Shown: positions 58,681 through 64,000 of the stretch, piece after piece | Layout of the letters: each line of letters opens with the position of its first letter | Numbering within the stretch: the stretch's first letter is position 1 | NCBI GenBank assembly: GCA_044892525.1 | Contig: CM097885.1 | Span: 16,432,001 to 16,496,000, forward strand | Length of the DNA: 64,000 nucleotides | Reading direction: 5' to 3' | Source: Schmidtea polychroa | Taxonomy: Eukaryota | Position numbers and translations under genes: made by a program | Notes under the pieces: generated by a model | Seen by the model: only the letters and a program-made list of their open reading frames with translations | Database searches by the model: none | Told to the model about the DNA's origin: nothing

Positions 58681-61600
58681 CATTTAAATTTCCATTTAAA
58701 TTTACATTATAAATTACATTTCTCAAAAAAGTTGGTGGTTATTCAATCTTTTGATAATAAATTTAAAAATCTTAGTTTAATTTACTTAGTACATTAATTA
58801 TTTAAAAATTATTACTTTAATTTACTTATTTAATTTAAAATTTGAACCTTAATTTACTTTTTTAAAAATTATTACTTTAATTTACCTAATTATTCTTTAT
58901 TTCTTAATTTTACACCATAATTTACTTAACAACTAATTATAACCCTTATTTTCATATTTAACCAATAATTTCATGTGGTCATCTGCTTGTAAGTGCTTGG
59001 TACCTAGTTGACAGTGCTTATTACTAGGTAAGTTACTTGGTTGTTAGTACTTGGTATCTAGTACCTGGTTGATGTTGGTTGTAGGTACTTAGTAGTTGGT
59101 AGCTAGTTGAGTGTTGGTTGTAGCTAGTTAATGGGTAACTAGTTGTTAGTAACTAGTTGTAGGTACTTGGTAGGTGGTAGTTAGTTGTTAGCTGGTTGTT
59201 GTTGGTTGTTAGTACTTGGTTGTTTTGATTGTTAGTACTTGGTAGGTGGTAGTTAGTTGTTAGTACTTAGTAGTTGGTTAATAATGCTTAGTAACTGGTT
59301 GTTGTCGGTTGTAAGTACTTGGTATCTAGTAACTAGTTGTAGGTATCTGGTTGTTAGTAACTAGTTGTAAGTACTTGGTATCAGGTAACTGGTTGGTTGG
59401 TTGTTAGTACTTGGTATTTAGTTGGTTGTAGGTACTTAGTAGTTGGTTGATGTTGGTTGTGAGTGCTTGGTATCTAGTACCTAGTTGGTTGGTTGTTTTT
59501 GGTTGATAGTACTTGGTATCTAGTTGTAAGTATTTGGTATCAGGTAACTGGTTGTTAGTATCTAGTTGTAGGTTGTAGGTACTTAGTAGTTGGTTAATAA
59601 TGCTTAGTAACTGGTTGTTGTCGGTTGTAAGTACTTGGTATCTAGTACCTAGTTGGTTGGTTGTTAGTAACTAGTTGTAAGTATTTGGTAGCAGGTAACT
59701 GGTTGTTAGTATCTAGTTGTAGGTTGTAGGTACTTAGTAGTTAGTTGATGATGCTTAGTACCTGGTTGATGGTGGTTGTAAGTACTTGGTATCTAGTTGT
59801 TAGTAACTAGTTGTAGGTAATTAATGCTTAGTAGTTGGTAACTGGTTGTTAGTATTTAGTTGTTTGAGACCTAGTTGTTAGTACTTGGTAGCTAGTTAAT
59901 GGGTAGGTGGTTGTAGGTACTTGGTATCTAGTTGTTAGTATCTAGTTGTAGGTATCTGGTAGCTAGTTGGTTGTTGGTACTTAGTAGGTGGTATCTGGTA
60001 CCTGGTTGGTTGCTTGTTTTTGGTTGTTAGTACTTGTTAGGTGGTTGTAGGTACTTAGTATCAGGTAACTAGTTGTTAGTAACTAGTTGTAGGTACTTGG
60101 TATCTGGTAATTTGTTGTAGGTACTTGGTTGTTTGAGAGTTATTTAGTACGTGGTATCTAGTTGTAAGTACTTGGTAGGTGGTAGCTAGTTGTTAGCTGG
60201 TTGTAGCTAGTTAATGGGTAGGTGGTTGTTAGTAGTTGGTATCAGGTAACTAGTTGTAGGTATCTAGTTGTAGGTATCTGGTATCAGGTAACTGGTTGTT
60301 AGTAACTAGTTGTAGGTATCTGGTTGTTAATACATGTTCATAAGTTACTGGTTGTTGGTACTAAGTTGTTGGTTTGTTGTTGAATTATTATTAAAATTTG
60401 TCTTTGAAAAATATTTCATAAAAATTTTCATTAAAAATTATCTTAAAAATTTCCATCTAAAATTATCATTGAAAAATATTTCATAAAAATTTCCATTAAA
60501 AATTACTTAAAAAAATTATTCCATAAAAATTTTCATTAAAAAATTTCAATTCTCAAACACCTTCAACTTTTTGTTAATAAATTTTAAAATCTTACTTTAA
60601 TTTACTTATTTAAAATTATTTACCATTGATTACTTAATTTAAAAATTATTACTTTAATTTACTTATTTAAAATTTTTTACCATTGATTACTTAATTTTAA
60701 AATTTGGACCTTAATTTACTGTAATTTAATTTTTAGAACCTAAATTTACTTTAATTTAATTTTTAGAACCATTATTTACTGTAATTTAATTTTTAGACCC
60801 ATAATTTACTGTATTGGAAAAATTTGGACCATTATTTACTTTAATTTAAAATGTTTGACCATAATTTACTTTAATTTAATTTTTAGACCATAATTTACTG
60901 TAATTTAAATTTTTAGAACCATTATTTACTTTAATTTAATTTTTAAGAACCATTAATTACTGTAATTCAAAAATTTGAGCCATAATTTACTGTAATTTAA
61001 TATTTTAGAACCATAATTTACTGTAATTCAATTTTTAGAACCATTATTTACTGTAATTGAAAAATTTGAGCCATAATTTACTGTAATTTAATTTTTTAGA
61101 ACCATTATTTACTGTAATTTAATTTTTTAGGACCATTATTTACTGTAATTGAAAAATTTGGACCATATTTTACTTTTAATTTAATTTTTTTGGACCATTA
61201 TTTACTGTAATTTAATTTTTAGAACCATAATTTACTGTAATTCAATTTTTAGGACTATAATTTACTGTATTTAAAAAATTTACCATGTTTTTTAGTGTAG
61301 ACCACCTTTTTCTCAGGACCAAGGAGACTCACATTAATTTAATTCGAAAAATCCATGCTTTTTTATTGATAGTCGGATTTTTGTATTGAAAATATCCTGA
61401 GACCTTAAATTACCACGTTTTTTTAGTGTAGACCAGCTTTTTGTATTGAAAAATTTTTTTGTATTGAAAATCCCAGGACCATCGAGACCCCCTCACTATA
61501 GTGTGAATAATCCTTGACTTTTTTATTGATAGTCGGATTTTTGTATCGAAATTCCCAGGACCATCAAGACCCTCTCACTATAGTGTGATAAAAAAAAATT

Positions 61601-62246
61601 TGGACCAAAAATCCCTGAAAGCAAAAAAATGAGTTGGGAACAATTGCGTAATAAAAATTTGGGAACAAACCCCCCCCCCCGGGGGGGGGGGGGGTAATTG
61701 TTCCCGTAGGCCACTATCTACCTACTGACTCCGCTTCAGACCCTACAATTCTCATAGCCTAATTGCAAGGGGTCTTCACGTTCACTTTTTGTTTTTGATC
61801 TGATTTTTGGTGATGGTGTGCCAATATTCGATTTTCACACCTGGTGGTACAATAAAAAGGTTTGAAAACCTCGGGTCATTTCCTACTGCTCATATCCTTC
61901 CTGTTTTCCTAAGAAATATTGAATTTTGAACTTTTGATATTTTAATTAAATTTAGTTTTATTGGATTCTAATTAATTTTGCACCGGATTTCTTGTGCAAT
62001 TGAATGATATTTGCACTCATTTACATATTCCAGACGCCCCCCCCATATTTTTTATAATTGATTAATTAATATACATTTTAAATATTATTCTATAGAAAAC
62101 AGACAAAGGAAAAACAAAACCATCTCAAAATTGAAAATGAAATTTACAGTTACTTTGAATCTATTTTATTAATAAAACTTTTTATTAGTTATATATATAT
62201 ATATTGATTTTCATAAATATAACTGGCTAATTTATGAGCTTAATTA

Positions 62247-62360
62247 TAATTGTGTGTGTCACCGAGAGTGTAATTGTGTGTGTCACCGAGTATTTGATTG
62301 TGTATGTAACCGAGAATGTAATTGTGTGTGTCACCGAGTATTTGATTGTGTATGTCATCG
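62247..62360. repeat. Short 22-24-bp minisatellite
   Basis: About 5 copies of ATTGTGT(G/A)TGTCACCGAG..., ending ~120 bp upstream of the HPS4-like ATG. Confidence 0.8.
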
Positions 62361-62482
62361 AAAGAATCCGACCTTTGACTGCAATTATCATCGATTATTT
62401 CATTCAGTATCCTTCATAGTTTAATGCAATTAAATTACTTTTAAATTACAATTGTATTACTTTTTAATTATATCATAATTTA

Positions 62483-63829
62483 ATGTCAGAATATTTATTT
62501 ATTTATGACCACAATTTACTTGATGGTAAAGAAGACTCAAATTATGATCCAGCTGATGCAATTTTATACTTTTATCCAACAACTACTTCAGTTGATTACC
62601 AACATTCTTTATGTTCTCATGTCATGGGATTTTGTCAGATTTTATCGAACATTCTCAAGTCTCCTCCAAAATCATTCACTCTCGAAGGCGGTGCTCGAAT
62701 TGCATGTGTCCATGAACCATATTTTGGATTGATTCAAAAATCTCGATCACGAGTTCTTACATTTGCATTGTATTCAGATTCATCTTCATCGACTCATCTC
62801 CATGAGAAGTGCGTATTAATTTATGAATCATTTATATTTTATATGAAAAAGTGTTTGGCATGTGTATTTAAAAAAGGTAAATCGAAATCTAATTACTTAG
62901 GAAATGTAGTTGAAAGATTAATGAATTTGATCAATCATCGTGATAAATTATCATTAATTTTTAATGCTTCACTTTATTGTGATCACGATCGAAAGGGTTC
63001 GACGCCTATTGATTCATTTTTATACCAAACAATGATCAATACTGTTGATTCTATGTGCAATCAGTCGGAAACCATGGATGTTTCCATTTTAGGAAGTTGT
63101 TTTTTCTATAAAAGGAATTTAATTTTAAATCAGTTTTCGGTGAATGTTTCAAATCTATTTAGTCTTCTAATCGACTGCATAAACAGTGATACCGATAAAA
63201 CTGGAAAAGAGATTTTTGGATTGATTAAGCGAATCCAAATTGACACCAACGAATTGCATGCAAGAGACGGCGTATTTTTATTTCAAGTCTGTGTAACAAA
63301 TAAAAGATACCAAGAATTGATTTCCACTGCCCAAAGTACTTCCAAGTTAGATAAAAAGAATTGTTGTGACAATGTTGATTTTCAATATATTCACTTGTAT
63401 CTTGAGCATCATTCGAACACAACAATAATCACATTGATTGATGAACCAGATCTGCAAAAAATCAATAAGGAACTTCTAAAAACATTCGGTAATTTATGTT
63501 TCAACGTCCTCGGTGTCATTGAAGCGCACATGGCGACCACTAAAACCAAATTGGAAGATAGATCTGACCGATTGATGAGCAGTTCTGTAAATTTGTGGAA
63601 TATTACATACGATGAAATCGACCATTCTATCAGTAAAACGAACAGTATAAATGGTACAAATATCCCCGCAGATTGGGAGGAATGGTTAATAAAAAGAGCA
63701 GATGTCCTTCATTCAAACATGGAGAAAGAAGAAACAATTAAAGAAATTCATATCAAAGTAAAGAAAGAAACTTTATCTACAGTTAGATTCGGGAATCAGC
63801 AGATTTATACGATGAAATCAACTAATTGA
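62483..63829 (+). CDS. HPS4: HPS4-like (CCZ1/INTU/HPS4 longin-domain) BLOC-3 subunit, single 448-aa ORF
   Basis: N-terminus YLFIYD...DP..AILYFYP.......Q..LC...MG....S.I...PP matches my recollection of the first longin domain of HPS4; ILGSCFFYK is consistent with the second longin domain. Uninterrupted ORF. Confidence 0.75.
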   Translation: MSEYLFIYDHNLLDGKEDSNYDPADAILYFYPTTTSVDYQHSLCSHVMGFCQILSNILKSPPKSFTLEGGARIACVHEPYFGLIQKSRSRVLTFALYSDSSSSTHLHEKCVLIYESFIFYMKKCLACVFKKGKSKSNYLGNVVERLMNLINHRDKLSLIFNASLYCDHDRKGSTPIDSFLYQTMINTVDSMCNQSETMDVSILGSCFFYKRNLILNQFSVNVSNLFSLLIDCINSDTDKTGKEIFGLIKRIQIDTNELHARDGVFLFQVCVTNKRYQELISTAQSTSKLDKKNCCDNVDFQYIHLYLEHHSNTTIITLIDEPDLQKINKELLKTFGNLCFNVLGVIEAHMATTKTKLEDRSDRLMSSSVNLWNITYDEIDHSISKTNSINGTNIPADWEEWLIKRADVLHSNMEKEETIKEIHIKVKKETLSTVRFGNQQIYTMKSTN

Positions 63830-64000
63830 ATATAAGTATAATAAACATCACAAAATTATTAATAATTGAATCATTACTTAACACCAGCAAGAGTAAACGA
63901 AATATTTATACATCATATAACATTAGGGTTGATCATTTGCCTAGGACAGTCCTATATTTAGGTCCAGGAAACCCCATTTAGAATATTATCTGTTTTTAAA

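Larger units (their letters stand above)
44714..61726. mobile_element. 17-kb non-coding fold-back (palindromic) transposon with Polinton/Maverick-like ends
   Basis: Termini AGTAGGTAGATAGTGGCCTACGGGAACAATTA / TAATTGTTCCCGTAGGCCACTATCTACCTACT; 6-bp TSD GACTCC (44708-44713, 61727-61732); arms 44714-53624 and 54600-61726 are inverted copies. The structure is directly visible; the Polinton assignment is inference. Confidence 0.9.

Noticed and set aside
44714..61726. Palindrome as a pure assembly or chimeric-read artefact
   Set aside because: The arms differ by many substitutions, indels and repeat counts, the flanks are unique, and a 6-bp TSD is present. Read-level confirmation is still advisable.

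Overview
Very AT-rich eukaryotic, probably invertebrate animal, genomic DNA; the species cannot be told from the sequence. About 4.2-36.2 kb is one spliced anoctamin/TMEM16 gene on the + strand. I traced 18 GT-AG exons by hand into an 868-aa open frame; the first and last exons are less certain. Its long introns hold a nearly intact Penelope-like retroelement with a hammerhead ribozyme motif, hAT, piggyBac, pogo/Tigger and MULE MITEs or relics, a Helitron, an ASF1 retrocopy, an HSP90 fragment and (AAT)n microsatellites. A decayed Ty3/Gypsy element (about 36.8-41.3 kb) and a second HSP90 fragment follow. The most striking feature is at 44714-61726: a 17,013-bp element with no recognisable protein-coding gene that is almost entirely one inverted repeat (arms about 8.9 and 7.1 kb, spacer about 1 kb). 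It has 5'-AG...CT-3' termini and an exact 6-bp target-site duplication (GACTCC), which match the Polinton/Maverick insertion signature and size. A second TIR element is nested in mirror image in both arms. A dispersed repeat carries a variant (U3-A8) minimal hammerhead motif with covarying stem II. The window ends with an intronless HPS4-like longin-domain ORF. All calls are by eye; no alignment or database search was run.
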